Virus record (IMG/VR): IMGVR_UViG_3300019487_000032
Span: 625-64,624 of that record
Strand: one strand, 5' to 3'
Length of the DNA stretch: 64,000 nucleotides
Source of the DNA: a virus
The notes under the pieces are model-generated. The model saw only the letters and a list, made by a program, of their open reading frames with translations, was not told the DNA's origin and did no database searches. Position numbers and translations under genes: made by a program. Shown here piece after piece: positions 63,494 through 64,000 of the stretch (the stretch's first letter is position 1; every line of letters begins with the position of its first letter).

Positions 63494-64000
63494 ATGCGCA
63501 ACGCGGTGATCATCGAGATCCGCGCCGCCGAGGGTGGCGCAGATGCCAAGCTCCTGGTCGTGGAGCAGACCAAGATCTATCTCCGGCTCGCCGGTCGGAG
63601 ATGTCTTTGACGTCGAACTCGTAGAAGAGCGCGCGGGTCTCACGATCCTTCGCGTGCTCGGGAAGCACGCTGCCGAGACGTTCAAGGACGAAGCCGGCGG
63701 CCATCGGTGGCAGCGGATTCCGCCCACCGAGAAGCGCGGTCGCGTCCAGACGTCGACGATCACGGTCGCGGTGCTCGCCGAGCCCACCGCCGTCGAAGTT
63801 GTGCTCCACGAGCGTGATCTCGACTTCAAGTTCTGTCGCGCGAGCGGCAACGGCGGGCAGAACGTCGCGAAAACGGACAGCGCCGTGCAACTCACGCACA
63901 AGCCGACGGGGATCAGCGTCCGCTGCGAGACCGAACGATCGCAGCACGACAACAAGGCCACGGCGGTCGCAGTGCTGCGCGCGCGGATCTGGGAAGTCAC
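63494..64000 (+). CDS. Class I peptide chain release factor homolog lacking domain 1; needs a +1 frameshift at 63605-63611; 3' end outside the window
   Basis: Frame 0: MRNAVIIEIRAAEGGADAK...RRCL-stop. +1 frame: DVELVEE...EAGGHRWQRIPPTEKRGRVQTSTITVAV...RASGNGGQNVAKTDSAVQLTHKPTG..CETERSQHDNK. Confidence 0.9.
63596..63611 (+). other. prfB-type programmed +1 ribosomal frameshift cassette
   Basis: CGGAGA-TGT-CTT-TGA-C, compared with the canonical prfB AGGGGG-TAT-CTT-TGA-C. Confidence 0.8.

Overview
The whole 64 kb window looks like part of one high-GC, apparently lytic dsDNA bacterial virus. No host housekeeping operon, integrase, terminase, portal or HK97-type capsid is recognisable. It has four blocks. 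(1) 1-24.3 kb: nucleotide and DNA metabolism (ThyX, SF3-type helicase, SNF2 helicase, Cas4-like exonuclease/Sak4-like ATPase/SSB, class II RNR, HerA-like ATPase, UDG-fused family A polymerase, DinG, Tmk, Dam-like MTase) plus free-standing HNH and LAGLIDADG endonucleases. (2) 25.2-36.8 kb: a probable virion/late module with seven short Arg-rich proteins sharing a [LFM]G-plus-poly-Arg tag, a GP88-like Fe-S protein, paralogous beta-rich proteins, a lytic transglycosylase, GT2, an NDT-like protein, an ATP-grasp enzyme, a SnoaL-like protein and a membrane-anchored C39 peptidase. (3) 36.9-60.8 kb: mostly small hypothetical genes read outward from an inverted-repeat/palindrome junction at about 38.9 kb, with a second SNF2 helicase, a PEP-utiliser His-domain fusion and an AAA/DUF2201-VWA module. 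(4) 60.8-64 kb: a lysis-like pair, a candidate structured RNA and a class I release factor homolog. The strongest finding is the release factor homolog. It has an RF1-type PxT tripeptide and GGQ, but it is split by a prfB-type +1 frameshift cassette (GGAG-N-TGT-CTT-TGA-C) at a position different from the prfB site. Also notable are a recurrent intergenic palindrome GATCGC-N4-GCGATC and about ten TAnnnT-N6-start promoters that imply leaderless transcripts. All calls come from reading motifs by eye; no database searches were run.
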